Assembly: GCA_013265495.1 (NCBI GenBank)
Contig: MU058423.1
Coordinates: forward strand, 4,572,793-4,636,792
Direction of reading: 5' to 3'
Length of the DNA: 64,000 nucleotides
From: Vicugna vicugna
Taxonomy: Eukaryota
A program made the translations under genes and the position numbers. This document shows, piece after piece, positions 1-12,605 of this stretch (positions are counted from its first letter, which is position 1; each line of letters begins with the position of its first letter). The notes beneath the pieces are model-generated. The model was not told the origin of the DNA and did not search any database. It saw nothing but the letters and a program-made list of their open reading frames with translations.

Positions 1-11
1 CCTCTGAGAAC

Positions 12-180
12 TGTTCGTGTCAATTAGGGTTTGTATCAGAATCTTATATAAAAATACACGTCTCCTTCCCCCCTCTTCCCAGCTTTCCTTCTGAGAGCTC
101 ACAACACACAGAAGGAGCAGTGTCTATTTTGAAACGGCTTCCAAGGTAATTCTGATCCAGCCTGTAGAAGAGAACTAACT
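12..180. mobile_element. Degenerate MER5-like hAT-Charlie DNA transposon remnant
   Basis: tgtatcagaatc...aaaaatacac and tctattttgaaacggcttccaaggtaattctgatccagcc resemble MER5A/B motifs. Confidence 0.4.
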
Positions 181-1789
181 CAGGTTGTTGGGTCTCAGGC
201 CTTTTTTTCCCTTGGATCAGAATTTTTCTTTTCTGATTTGAGGAGGTCATATAGTGTTGTTGATCTTTAATTTCAATCGTTAAGGGCATTGAAATGAAGA
301 AATAAGCTACCATATTTTGTCACCATCTCTTCCAATTAAAGGGCATTTTAATTTTTAAAAAAAATGGAGGTGGAACACACTCCCAGAATAAAGAATAATC
401 CTTTAAATAAAAAAAAGTACACTTAAAAAAAAAACTCTCCACTTTGTCCTCACTTTGTAGAGAAACATTGAAAACGTCATTATGGATCAGTGCTTTTTCT
501 AGCATCTGAAAGCCATTGCCCTAGATAAGTTAGCAGCCGCTAGGAAAGAAAGTTAACTTCACCTTTGCTTTCTTTACCCTTTATTTTAATTTGTCATTTT
601 AAAGCTTTGATTTCCATGTATGTCATTGTAGCCTATTTTGGTTCAATTAAGTATTTTCTCTCCCTGTTTTTCTCTGTTCTGCTCCAGGGGAACCATCCTC
701 AGTGCTAAGAATTCATGCCATTAGATCAGATGGTCCTTTCTTTCTGTCCTTCATCCAGTGGCAGGTTTAAAACTCTTTGATGATTCAGCTCTATAATATT
801 TAAAGTTCTATTTCAAATCCTTCAAACTTAGGGTTTTAGGAAATAGCTGCGTGGGAAGGCAAGAGAGGAGTCTATTAAAATCTACAATCCTCTTAGTGAC
901 CCATTCACTCAGTCTCTCAACAAATCTGTTCAAGTTTTTCCCTCTACTGAAAACAAAGGAAAAAGCAAATGGGAAACTAAAACCCTACCAAGACAAATCT
1001 AAGAAGAGTCCACTTAGAAATAAGCCTTAGTAAGAGAAAATTGTATAAGAACCGCTTATTTTGTACACTCCGAACACCAGGATCTCCAATTTAACAGCTG
1101 AGTTGGGGTCCAGCCAGTTGGGGCAATTCTCTTTCACAATCCCCGGAAGGACTTTTATATTTAGAATTCTATGCAAATGAGAAAAAAATTAAGGGTGTAT
1201 TCTGTACAAAGAGCTATATACTGTTTACATGCATACAACAAACTTTCAGGGTTTTGTAGGATCTCTGAAATCACATCCTTTCCCTCTTCATTCCTTGCTT
1301 ACCGTAAGCTTTGAACAGATGAAGCCAAGGGGATGCCTCTGTTCCATCTTCATCTCCTTCTGTCTGTGACATTGTTCTCATTCAGCCAGGTCAGTGGGAC
1401 CTCTTCCACTACATTTTCGTTCTTTGTTTATTTACTTGCTCAAAGGCTAGTTATCGGACACTGACTCTTTAACAGTTAGTTTATGTGGCAGGCTTCACCT
1501 CCTTTCAACATTTTGTTTATTGTTGGTTGGGCCTGCATCATCCCAGGTGTCTGTATCTCTAAGCTGAGCATTTTAAGTGTCTCTTCTTTGGAGAGCAGTG
1601 TCCTTCTACACACAAATGCAATGTGTTTGTGAGGAAGGAGGATGAAGTCCCTTGACAGGAAGAGTGGCTTTCTGTTTAAATGAAAGCTAGAAACACATTT
1701 ACCCATTTCTGTACGGCCATGATTACATTGGTGTAGGGCCATTAAACGTCTCTTCTCCCAGCTCCTCCAAGTAGCAGTGGATGATGAGA

Positions 1790-2035
1790 ATGTTAACAGG
1801 AAGCATTTCTATGTTGCTTCTTCTGTGCCAGGAACTATTCTAATGCTTTGTTTTAATTAATTAAATATTTAAATAACCCTCTGAACTAGGGACCATGATG
1901 CTCATTTAATAGAAGAGAAATCTGAGGCATAGAAAGGTTAAGCCCGAGGTTATCTAGATAGTGGTAGAGCTGATATCATGAACACAAGCAGTGTCACTGT
2001 GGAATCTGGTTCTTTAACAGCTGTTCTTTACTGTG
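1790..2035 (-). mobile_element. MIR SINE
   Basis: tgtgccaggaactattcta...gaagagaaatctgaggcatagaaaggttaag is the reverse complement of the MIR core. Confidence 0.8.
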
Positions 2036-2179
2036 AGGAAGTGAACCAGAAGCATTGCTTTTTAATCAGTGTATGTCCAGCAATCATGCTTGTTACACAT
2101 TTTTGCAGACAATGAACTTGGGACCAAGACACATTGTAATAAAGTAATAATCATCTTGCAAAATCTGTAGGGACCTTGG

Positions 2180-2310
2180 GGAAGCAGAGTTTAGAGAGCA
2201 CAGATTTGAAATCAGACATATAAGGTCATAAATACTGGGTGTCAGATGAGACTGTGGACAAGTTTCTTTACCTCTCTAATCTATTTTCTCATAATTATGG
2301 AGAACAAAAC
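2180..2310 (+). mobile_element. MIR SINE fragment
   Basis: tttagagagcacagatttgaaatcagac...gactgtggacaagtttctttacctctct. Confidence 0.65.
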
Positions 2311-2424
2311 CCATCTTTTAAGGTGTTTTGAGCTGGAGTACAAAAAGGGAATGGCTGTTGAATAACTGAATTAATAGAGAATTTAAGCTCATATGTGGTC
2401 CTTTCTCATATGTGTATATTGAAG

Positions 2425-2672
2425 GAATATACTTATGCACACTTACTGTTCTGTGCTGTTTTAGGTGCTTTATGTATATCAACTCATCAAACCCTTCTGT
2501 AACAACTCCATGAGAAAGTACCTTTGTCATCAGCCTCAGATGAAGGCGCTGAGGCACAGAGTGGTTAATTAGTTTGCCCAGAGTCACACAGAGCTGGGAT
2601 TAGCAGAGCTGGGATTCAGTTCCAGGCACACTGGTACCAGTCTGTGTTTTTAACTGCTAGGCCATCCTGCTT
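2425..2672 (-). mobile_element. MIR SINE
   Basis: cagatgaaggcgctgaggcacagagtggttaattagtttgcccagagtcacacag...gctgggattc. Confidence 0.85.
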
Positions 2673-3923
2673 AATGCTAGGTAAGCCATGGGATAAGAGG
2701 CTGTTTGGCATTTTCCCACTCACGCCATTGTATAAGGAGAGGGTAGAGACTGCCGCCAAAATTACTTAAGAAACATTTTTGGATGTGCACTGAGTGGCTG
2801 AGCTGTAGCTAGAAGTGTCCTCTCATCCAGCCACAGCTGTTGGTTCCGTAGTCACAGTGATTATAACTTTGGAACCAAAAGGTAGCACATAGAATTGATC
2901 AAGTAGGAATCTGGGACTTTTCCAGAAAATTCAGGACCTAGGCTCCCCATGACTGTAACCTGCTGCCAGTGATGTAGTCACCCCAATATCATGCCCCTGC
3001 ACAACGACTGACAAGCCAAGTTCATCTCGAATTGTAGATGTTAGGTAGAGAGAGAGGTGGTGAAAAAGACTGAAATGGGATTTTCTGCTTGATTTGTTAA
3101 TGAAATATCTGAAAGCACTTTGCACAACAATAACAAAATGCTCCTGTTCTGGTAACGCAGACAAATTCCAGCTGAGTGATTACATTCCACCTAATTACAA
3201 ATTCTTCCTCTAATTTCAGATTCTCCGTCTTTACGATGCTCTTTACCTTCTGTCCTAAATCGTTGTTTACCGTGTTTTCCTGCTGCTAAATTCTTTCCCG
3301 CACTTCTCCCTGGAGGTAGCTGTATACCCATGGTGGTTAAAATAATTCTATATGTAAAGTAGGCATGGGATATGTAAATATTTGTACTTTAACTCTGGAA
3401 TAAATCTAAGTTAAAATGTATAAATATGTTGTTCTCAGAACTCCTCTCAAGTGTCACACAGTCAAAATTTCTTTTGAGTGTGAGTTGAGGAGAGGACACA
3501 TGGTTGTAATTATTTATTAATCATACATTTAATATTCCCCAAGCTGCCATAAAATGTCTGAGGAGACTCACTGCTAAGAATAACTTGCTCAGCACTGCGG
3601 TACAATGCGGACAATTTTCCACAGCGAGAGGAAAAAGGAAACACATCTTTTCACCTATTGCTGAGCAAATCGCTAACGATTTTGCCCATTTGCGTTGAGA
3701 AGTAATTAATGGTATGGGATAGAGGCCAAGCATATCAAGAACTTGAAAATGTGTTCCTACTCATGTGCTGATACGCCCATTTTGGATTTAGCTGTAATTT
3801 CAGTACATTTTATGAATTTCCCTTACTTCTGTTACAAACTTCATCTTAATAACTTGCTTTTCTGAAATAGTAATTGAAAAAGAATGGTGATATTTTCTAT
3901 AAATGCAAATTGTAATTGTATTA

Positions 3924-3925
<2 letters not shown>

Positions 3926-3964
<39 letters not shown>
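3926..3964. repeat. (AAT)n microsatellite, about 12-13 units
   Basis: Direct read of taataataa... run. Confidence 0.95.
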
Positions 3965-3965
<1 letters not shown>

Positions 3966-4477
3966 CCTAAGCCAATTAGGTGCACATGTTAATTTCCTTT
4001 TGGATGACAGCTTAATCTGACTTTTCTTTTTTCTATAGTAACTAAGCCTCAAGCAGTACAGAGGCTCCACACCAGTCTCAGAGTATCAGAATGCTTACAG
4101 CCAATGGTGATGGCTTAATGGGTTAATCTCTGGCATCAAAATCTTAGCATTATTTTAAGGCTCTAAGTGGCTTCGAGGTCATCTGATTTTCTTTCCTGAT
4201 GCAGTACAGAAGCATTCAAATGGTGGCCTTATCCAGTCTTTCAAATCTCTAGGATAGTCTAATGTGTAGCCTCCCTTTGCAAATTTTTCTGGAGTTTACC
4301 CTGCAAGTAGAATAAATACATTATGAAATATATAATCTCATCCTTTGTTTTAGGAAGGATGACAAGTTAGCTAATGCTTACTTCTGTGTCTTTGTGTAAT
4401 GTGTTACCTGACATGGGTCATTGGATAACCTTAGAATCTGAGCATAAATGATGTTAGAGATCAACTATTCTGGAGAC

Positions 4478-5262
4478 TAGAAAGGCAATCATCCAGCCTG
4501 AAGGAAGAGGGACAGGAACATGATGGAAAGAAATGGTTATGACCTCATCAGTCAGTCATGCTTGTGTTGTTGCCATTTTTAAAGTGTATGTTCTTGGCTC
4601 TGTCTGCTGCTAACTGTGAGCCATTCTTGCAAAAAAAAAATATGTTTATACTTGTAGATACATTACACAAAATTCATGAGTGGTGTTCTAAGATATATAA
4701 TGGCATTCCAAGAAATGAGTTCTAAAAACAAAGTAAGTCATTAAATTAGTAATTTTGACATGTGATTCTATGTAGTGCTTTTGCTTTGCTAGGCTTCCTG
4801 AATGATTCAGTACTTGAATACAACTCATTAATGTTCACTATCATTTCTCAGTGTTTGAATATTTTCCATAGGCCACAGTTCTTTTAGATATTTTAACAGA
4901 GGACTTGAAAAGAGAAAAAAGTTGTGAATGCTGTGTGAAATACTTGAAATGGAATCAGAAATTGATTTAAAATCTGAATTAACGAAAGTAATATTGACTT
5001 CAATGATAAACCAGAAATCAGAACAAGGGAAAAGATACTTTCATCCTTAAAGAAGGAAACAAGCTTATATGAAACAACACATACTCTTATGTCCACCTTG
5101 CAGATGCTTTTACAACCACTCTTAAAAGTTCAATCAAGGAAAATGCAAAATTAAAGAATGTGTTCTATGTCTAGAATATTTTTTATAAAAAACAAAGATC
5201 AAGACTATCAAGGAATTAATATTTTGTGTATTTCAAAACTTGATTTTAAGAATAATAGCTCA
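4478..5262 (+). mobile_element. Probable 5' portion of a hAT-Blackjack DNA transposon
   Basis: tagaaaggcaatcatccagcctg at 4478 loosely resembles the MER81/Blackjack terminus TAGGGTGACCAACCGTCCCGG; AT-rich sequence that adjoins the transposase remnant once the L1 is removed. Confidence 0.4.
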
Positions 5263-5263
5263 A

Positions 5264-7608
5264 AGGAGGTAGGTGACACCATCAAACAGGTGTCATAGGC
5301 CGTTCCTAACTACAGTCCCCCTAACAGGAAGACCAGCTGGCTGCCGTGCCTAGACAGGGCAGCGCTGTAAAACTGCAGAGCCCAGACGGGTTGAAGCACC
5401 TCCTGAATGGCAGAGACCGAGCATGAGTGCATAGGAAGGGCAAGAGGGGAGCTCCCCTTTGACCACATCACCCCTTCCTGGGGCCACGGCACAGTGTCAC
5501 ACTGAGAAGGCCTCCCTGGGCCTGTGTCTTCTCCAGTGGGGAAAAAGAGAACCTGAGGTGGATATCCAGCTTCCCCAGCTTTGTGGGATGCTGCCTGCGG
5601 GGCAGGGGCGGGGGGATGGCTTCCTTAGGTCCTACCGCACAGGGATAACTGGGAGAATCTCTGGAGCACAATTAGTGGGATTCACACAGAGACAGATAAG
5701 GGGGGCAGGGTTTGCAGCAACCTACACTCATAAGTTGGCAGACCACTTGCCTGCTTTCAGCAGCACGTGAGTAGAGATTCCTGCTAGCAGCTCTGTATAT
5801 CTGCAGAGCTGAGCCAGTGACCCAATCAGGCCAGGGAGCTCAGTTAGCAGTTTGGCATGATTTGAATTGCTAGCACAGGGCTGTATTGACCATGAAGCAA
5901 GTTCTACAGCCCTGCCCAGGCAGGAGACCAAATTTACAGTCCAGCCCAACTGCTGAGCATGGTATCCAGATTCACTGCTCTGGGAATCGTGGCCACAACA
6001 CTCTGTAGCTATGAAAGACATCCTCTGACCCTCCAGACAGGGAGCCAAACCAGCAGCCCTGCCCACTGTGAAGCATTGCCTCTGGCCCTACATAACCAGG
6101 GGGCTTAAAAAGACCCTGGAGTCTTAAATCTCAGCTGATGGAACCACCCAGCTGCAAAGCTCCGCCTACAATTCTGCCAAGCTATGGAGCAGAGCATATG
6201 ACCCCAAGGGATTGCTAAACAGCCTGAGGCCTCACCCAAGCAGGGAGACCAGTCAGTGACCCCACACAATTGCAGAGCATAGTTTGCAGCCCTACCTGAC
6301 GAAGAAGTCAGGACAGTGGTACTGCCCTACCAGAGAACAGTCACCAGCCCCATCCTAATGCAGGGTACATTTAGTGACCAGACCGGATCAGAGAGCCCAG
6401 CCCAAGCCTTTCCCAACAGTGGAGCACACCCAGTGGCCTACCCAACTGTAAAGCCCAGACTACAGCCCACCGTGCCTCAATTCGAAGACCAGACACTGGG
6501 CACCATCCAGGGTGGGGAAGACAGCCCGAGGCCCCACCTGACCAAGGGTGATCACAGAGCCTGGATAATGGCCCCATCCAAACATGGAAAACATCCAGCA
6601 ACTCTGCCCAAATAGGAAGCTCACCCAGAAGCCTGGTTGAACATGAAGCCCAGTCAGAAGGCCTTCCCAATGGTGGAGCCCAGCCAGTGAAAACCTGGCC
6701 CCCGACCTAGTGCAAAGGCTGGTGACCTCACCCAACCAGAGACCCCAGTAGCAAGCTCCATCTGTCTGCAGATGGGACCAGCTGACCCATCTAGTACCCC
6801 AAGCTGAGCTCACTGGCAAAGGTCTTAACCTACTGAAGCAAAACCTATGAAGTCTGAAAGAGGAGATGCACAGGTATCAACACAAGGTTACCAAGATTGC
6901 AAAGAATCAGGTAAACATTACACCTCTAATGGAAACTAAGCTCCTGTAACTGATGCTAAAGAAATGGAGATCACTGAGTTGTCTGGCAAAGAATTCAGAA
7001 TTACCCTCTTAAAGAAGCTCAGTGAAGTACAAAAATACACAAATAGACAATTCAACAAAATTAGGAAAAGCGTGCATGAACAGAATGAGAAGTTTAACAA
7101 AAAAATAGAGACCACCAAACGAGCCAAATGAAAATGCTAGAGGTGAAGAACACAATGACCAAACTGAATAATTCCAAAGAGAACATCAACAGTAAACCCG
7201 AAAAAGCAGAAGACAAAAATTAAGTTCCCAATTTCCATTCAAAATTATCCAGTCAGGGGAGGAAAAAGGAAAAAAATGGATGAAAAAATATTAAGAAAGC
7301 CTATGGGATTTATGGAGCACCAACAAAAATAAAATAAATGTATTGTAACCCTGGAAGAAGGGAAAGAGAAAGGGACTGAGGCTCTATGTAAAGAAACAAT
7401 GGCTAAAATGTCCCTGAACTTGGGGAAAGAAATGGACATCCACATTCATGAGGCTCAAAAGACCCCAAATAGGTTGAACCCTAAAAGGATAAAACCAAAA
7501 CGCATTATAATTAAACTGACAAAAGTCAAAGAAAAAGAGAGTAATTTGAAAGCAGCAGTAGAAAGGCAACTTATCGCACGCAGGGGCACCCCCATTAGGC
7601 CATCAGAG
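5264..7608 (+). mobile_element. Old LINE-1 (L1M-type): 5'UTR plus ORF1, 3' part missing
   Basis: GC-richer 5'UTR followed by a decayed ORF1; sequence switches abruptly to transposase at about 7608. Confidence 0.9.
6866..7608 (+). pseudogene. Decayed L1 ORF1p (coiled-coil/RRM region)
   Basis: ATG at 6866: MHRYQHKVTKIAKNQ...KEMEITELSGKEFRITLLKKLSEVQKYTNRQFNKIRK; later DIHIHEAQKTPNRLNPKRIKPKRIIIKLTKVKEKE..LKA...GTPIR (ORF track 7399..7716); frameshifts present. Confidence 0.9.
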
Positions 7609-9156
7609 GAAGTTCATTATACTGAAAGTGAAACATCTGCGTTTATTTTGAACATTTTTGTTAATTCATTTCTAAAGGTGAACACTGAAGATGTATTCGT
7701 TTTCAGGGTGATATGACTACAGATTTTGTATTACTGTATAATGTATGGTAAAAAAATTGTTTCCTCATAAATTAAGGAACTCATGGAGCAGATATGTGCA
7801 GGAAATTTGTTAGAAAACGTGCATAGTTTATAATCCAAGCAAGCTACCGTATTCTATTTTTTTAATGCAAGCTGTAAATATCAAAATTTACAAATATCCT
7901 GTACATAAAGAGAACTAACTACAAAATTTGGCGGCTGGTATTGAAAACACACAAATCATTGTGACAATATACGTTTTCTCTTTCTTATGGCCTATCACAA
8001 ATTTAATTTTAGATATGTTTGAGCCTGTAATAAATGATTTTGTAATTGTCCCGCAATTCTATTGATCTTTCTTCGTAGTCAAGTTCTGTAATATTTCATG
8101 TTGTTAAAAAACAATAAGAGATATTTAAGCACAGTGTAAGAGTGGAATTTCAGTTTTTGAAGTTTTGAAGGGAACTTCAACTATTAAAGACAAAGCCTTT
8201 AAACAGGTAGACACTGAAATTTATCCCTACAAAAGAAACAACTGAACAAATTAAATGATGAGAATGTAAATGTACATGATTCAGTTTTACAATCCTATAA
8301 TTATATTTTGGAATATCTCAGCTGGTGGGAAAAATCTCTTGATCTAGCTTCTGGTTTTACTTATATAAATTTACATTCCGTATCATAATAAAATGAAAGT
8401 GAAAGGACCAATGATTTTGGAGACTGCAAATTTGGGAAACCTTCAAAATAATAATAAAAGGAATCAACTAATTGACAAGTTTTAGTTATAAAGATATTTG
8501 TTGAACATTATTATTTTGAGTGGAGGCAAAAGATGGTATCTGTGAAATTATCTGAGCTGAAATATTTCCACATTTATTATGAAAAATATGATTCAGACTG
8601 TCTTGAATTTAGCAGAACACACCATGATCCTCAGCTCTCAAAGACAGAATATGTTCTCATATATTTCCTCTAATATTATGTTGTACATGAAAAAGCCAAT
8701 TGGAGGTATCATGAGTTTCAAACTTATTGACTACAAAATGTAATTTTAAGGATGATTATAGGCAAGAATTAAAACTAAATCAATACTGAAATATAAAAAC
8801 ATGTTTTAGAAATAATAGCAGTGATATGCTATGAGATAAAGGTAGCTAAGGAACTACTTAAGTTATGTGAATATATAGCAAGAATGATTATTGTGCTTAT
8901 GTTATTTTTAATGCTCAGGTAATTTATAAATCTTTCATGTTCTTTTAAAGTATACAGATATATATTACTTATTTTTTAGAAATAATTTTATTTTTATAAA
9001 TATTTTTGTATAGAACTATTTTGTCAATCTACTAACATAAGTGAAACCAATTTTAGTGACTGTTTTAAAATTTATATTACCTAAATTGTTTCAATGCCTT
9101 TTTAAAAATATTCTCAAAGCTTTCCCAGTCTGAACAAAAATTGATTTGGACAGAAT
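7608..9156 (+). mobile_element. hAT-Blackjack transposon 3' part with fossil transposase
   Basis: Decayed peptides EVHYTESETSAFILNIFVNS, KLRNSWSR, RF..L...I..ILDMFEP, KSQLEVS*VSNLLTTKCNF (hAT C-terminal dimerisation region); end ttcccagtctgaacaaaaattgatttggaca resembles the MER94/Blackjack terminus. Confidence 0.8.
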
Positions 9157-9164
9157 GATCAGAC

Positions 9165-9520
9165 AGGTGATAATGCCATAATCCCCGTTTTAGATAAGAG
9201 GATATGGAGCCTGGGGAGGTTAAGTAACTTTTTCAAAGTCACCCAGCTAATAAATGCTAAAGTAATACTAAAAAATTTTTTTTTAAATGTAATAAAAATA
9301 TTACCTATTGGACATCTCCTATGGTCTAGGGAACATATAGGAGCATGACATACATTATATATTTCTCATGAGAATCCCATGAATTAACTTATGAATATTT
9401 TTATTCTTATTTCACAGACAAGGAAATTGAGGCCACTGCAATAAGATGACGTGCCCAAGATCAACAGCTGGTAAGTGAGAAGATGAGATTTCCTGCTCCG
9501 TCTGATTTCATGCTCATGTC
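9165..9520 (-). mobile_element. Two MIR fragments
   Basis: ccccgttttagataagagga...aggttaagtaactttttcaaagtcacccagcta; tttcacagacaaggaaattgaggc...gcccaagatc. Confidence 0.75.
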
Positions 9521-9532
9521 TCTCACCTACTC

Positions 9533-9693
9533 TTTTTTCCCCAACTTTACTGGGATATACTTTACATGTACCATTGTGTGAGACTAAGGTGTACGATGTT
9601 GATTTGATACACCTATATATTGACATGTTTACCACAATAAGGTTAGTTAACACATCCTTCACCTCACGTGATTACCATTTCGTGGTTGTTTTT
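9533..9693 (-). mobile_element. L1MA-type 3' end, short insertion
   Basis: aaggtgtacgatgttgatttgatacacc...ggttagttaacacatccttcacctcac. Confidence 0.8.
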
Positions 9694-9829
9694 CATACCC
9701 ATTCTCAGTAGAGGTTTTGAAAGATTGTTCGGAAAACGTTAGATACCCAGAAAAGGAACAATGATCACTACGTTGAAGATAAACCAAAGTTCGCTGCTGA
9801 TCAAAAAGGAAAGAGTGATCAATATTGCC

Positions 9830-10085
9830 AGCATGGAAAGAAAATGGGATTTAACTAGGCAGATCTGAGTTTGAATCCCAGCTGCACAACCGACCAGCTG
9901 AACAGTCTTAAAGCTTGTTTTTATGACCTAGGAGATGCAGTGTCTTTGTCAACAAAATGGTAAATAGTAAGCATATCTTTACAGAGCGGTTTGAGGATAA
10001 AATTAAGTAGGACTTAAAAAAAATCTGAACTAGTGCTTTGACCGTGGCGAGTATTCAGTAAATGTTACCTATTACTATTATTATT
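9830..10085 (+). mobile_element. MIR SINE
   Basis: agatctgagtttgaatcccagct...aaaatgg...gaggataaaatta...agtaaatgttacctattactattattatt. Confidence 0.8.
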
Positions 10086-10619
10086 CTCATTAATATAAAG
10101 AGAAAGCAGCAATTCCTTGAGAAATGGCTCTATGTGCGTCTGTGTTTGCTAATGTCACATAACCTGCCTGCATTGCCGCACGAGCAGGATTTTGCCACCT
10201 GCATGTTCAAACGTGGAAAATAACTACCAAAACAGCTACATGGGTTACTGATGAGAGGACAGACCCGTGAAGACAGGGTTGTAATAGATAGGCCTAGCCA
10301 GCTCTAATTCTTACCATCTTCCCCGCCTCAAAATTGGTGACATTCTTCCCACACCACATTAACCTGTATTAATCAGTGCATGGAACCAGGAAACCAAGAC
10401 CGGGTAGCTTGTCTTGAGATAAAATCATTTAAAATATTTTCATCTCGATGCGAAAGTTATTTAGCATTGTGTTCTGTCGGGGGTGGGTGGGGGTGGTGGT
10501 AAATTTGGTAATGCAGTCTTACGAATGGCATCAAAGGTAAGGTTTCCTGTGATTGTTCTTCAAGGGAATAAATGGCATATTGAAGCTGTGATTCCACCCA
10601 TTTCTCCAAAGGTTTAAAA

Positions 10620-10820
10620 TTTAGTCTTGGAGCAATATACTATAATGTAAAGTATACTTGACATGAAAATCTAAAGATCTGCCATCTTATTAGGAATGTG
10701 AATTTTAGCACATCTCTTATCTTTCTGAACTTCAGTTGTATAGTCTAACAAAAGTGATGATTGAAAGTTCAAATGTAATAATACAAAATGGAGATTCTTT
10801 GTGAACTGGAAGACGTTCTA
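10620..10820 (+). mobile_element. MIR fragment
   Basis: tctgccatcttattaggaatgtgaattttagc...tctttctgaacttcagtt. Confidence 0.55.
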
Positions 10821-10977
10821 GGTAGTTACACCATGTCATAAACCTTGTGTAAATGTAGATATTATATGAGACACCAATACTAAGTGTTCTATCTAATACA
10901 GGTAGACAACATTTTATGTATAGAATAATTACAAAGATTAAATAGCTTCATCTGTTCAAGTAGCTAGTAATGAACTT

Positions 10978-11560
10978 TTATTCATTTGGTTCAGGAACTT
11001 ACACATATTGAACCCAGGCTGCGAGCCAGACAGTATGTGACAGTGGTAAATAAAACAGGAAATGTCCCTGCTTCATGGAGTTTACCACCTACTAGAAGAG
11101 GTGGACATAAACATACACATGATTGTATAATTAAACACTGCAGTGACTTCTATGAAGTAAATTAACTGAATTCTGCAAGAGAGAATAAAGGCTGGGGAGT
11201 GGCAGCTGATTTGGCTTGGAGAGTTGGTGGCGTAATATTTGAACCGAACCCAGGGAGCTGAGTTCATTTTAGTCAAGTGAAGACTTTTAACTGATGAGTG
11301 AGGAGAAGTGAAGGAGTTTTCTAAAAAGAAATAAATAAATAACATATGTAAAACCTGAGGTGGGCAAGAGGTTGGTGTTTTCTAGGAACTGAAACTGGTT
11401 CAGTGAGGTTGCCATGCAGAAACATGACAGGAGTTGAAGATCTGGACAAAGGTCAAATCATGCAGAGCCTTGGGGGCCATGTTAAAGAAATTAGATTTTA
11501 TTCTAAGTGAAGTAGAAAGCAACTGAGAGGGACAGTGGAGGAAAGAAGGGTTCTTTATTG
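10978..11560 (-). mobile_element. L2 LINE 3' region
   Basis: ttcatttggttca...tattgaacccagg...ccctgcttcatggagtttac...ggtcaaatcatgcagagccttgggggccatgttaaagaaatt. Confidence 0.85.
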
Positions 11561-12298
11561 AACAAGATGATTTGCAAAGACCTTGAGGCATGTAAATGAC
11601 TGAGGCAAGTGCTTAGATTTTTGCCAGAGCAATACAGGAGAGTGAGAAGGGACCAACAATGGCAGTTTGCAAGGGACTGATTACACAAATACACGCACGT
11701 TGGTCTTGCAAGGCTCCCTTCTTTCTGTCTATGAAAATCCATCCAGCAAATACCCCTCTCCCTTCTAAGTGCTGGCTATGACATCTGCCTTAGCCACCAT
11801 TACCTTCTTGTCCTTTGAGGTGACAGCGTGCAGTCGTGACAGTGAGGATGCATTTAGAAGAAAGCAGCCCTCCCCATGTAACTAGCATCTCCAAGTGTCT
11901 ATTATTTAATAGAATGATTTGCTATTTTACCTTCCTGCCCATTATAATGAAAATTTTAAAATAGAGAATTTTCTGTGGTTGCTCTAAGTATGATTAAGCT
12001 AATTATTTTCTATTAAAAATAATCAAACATTCATTAAAAAATAAGCACATAGAATAAATCTGTAAGCAATTTAGTATTTATTTCCACACATCCATATTTT
12101 TAATTGATGTAACAGGAGGACAAATTTGTTTTCCATTTTTTTAATTGCAGTATAGTTAGTTTACAATGTTGTGTCAATTTATGGTGTACAGCATAATGTT
12201 TCAGTCATCCACATACATACACATCTTCTTTTCATATTCTTTCTCATTATAGATTATTACAAGATATTGAATATAGTTCTCTGCTATACAGTGTAAAC

Positions 12299-12399
12299 TT
12301 GTTTATCTATCATATATATACACATTTGTTTATCTATCATATATATATATATACACACACATATATATATACACACATATATATATATACACATACATA
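12299..12399. repeat. Compound (TA)/(CA) microsatellite with duplicated ttgtttatctatcatatata unit, inside the L1 3'UTR
   Basis: Direct read. Confidence 0.9.
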
Positions 12400-12605
12400 G
12401 TATCTGAAAATCTCGTACTTCCAATTTATCCCTTACCACCCCATTTCCACCCTAGTAACCATTAAGTTTGTTTTCTATGTCTGTAAATCTGTTTCTGTTT
12501 TATAAATAAGTTCATTTGTGTCTTTTTTCTTAGATTCTACATATAAGTGATATAATATGATATTTTTCTTTACATACATTTATTTTGTTTTCCTAATAGC
12601 ATGAG

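Noticed and set aside
3800..3985. Poly-Leu ORF resembling a signal peptide
   Set aside because: It is the translation of the (AAT)n microsatellite
4715..4910. ATG...gtaagt donor (4733) and ttttaacag acceptor (4899) as an intact intron
   Set aside because: The spliced product hits TGA two codons after the junction; lies in probable transposon fossil
7399..7716. Functional L1 ORF1-transposase fusion protein
   Set aside because: Both parts are fragmentary and decayed; the in-frame join is most simply an accident of deletion
10479..10500. G-rich tract as a G-quadruplex
   Set aside because: Only three runs of three or more G; weak, non-canonical
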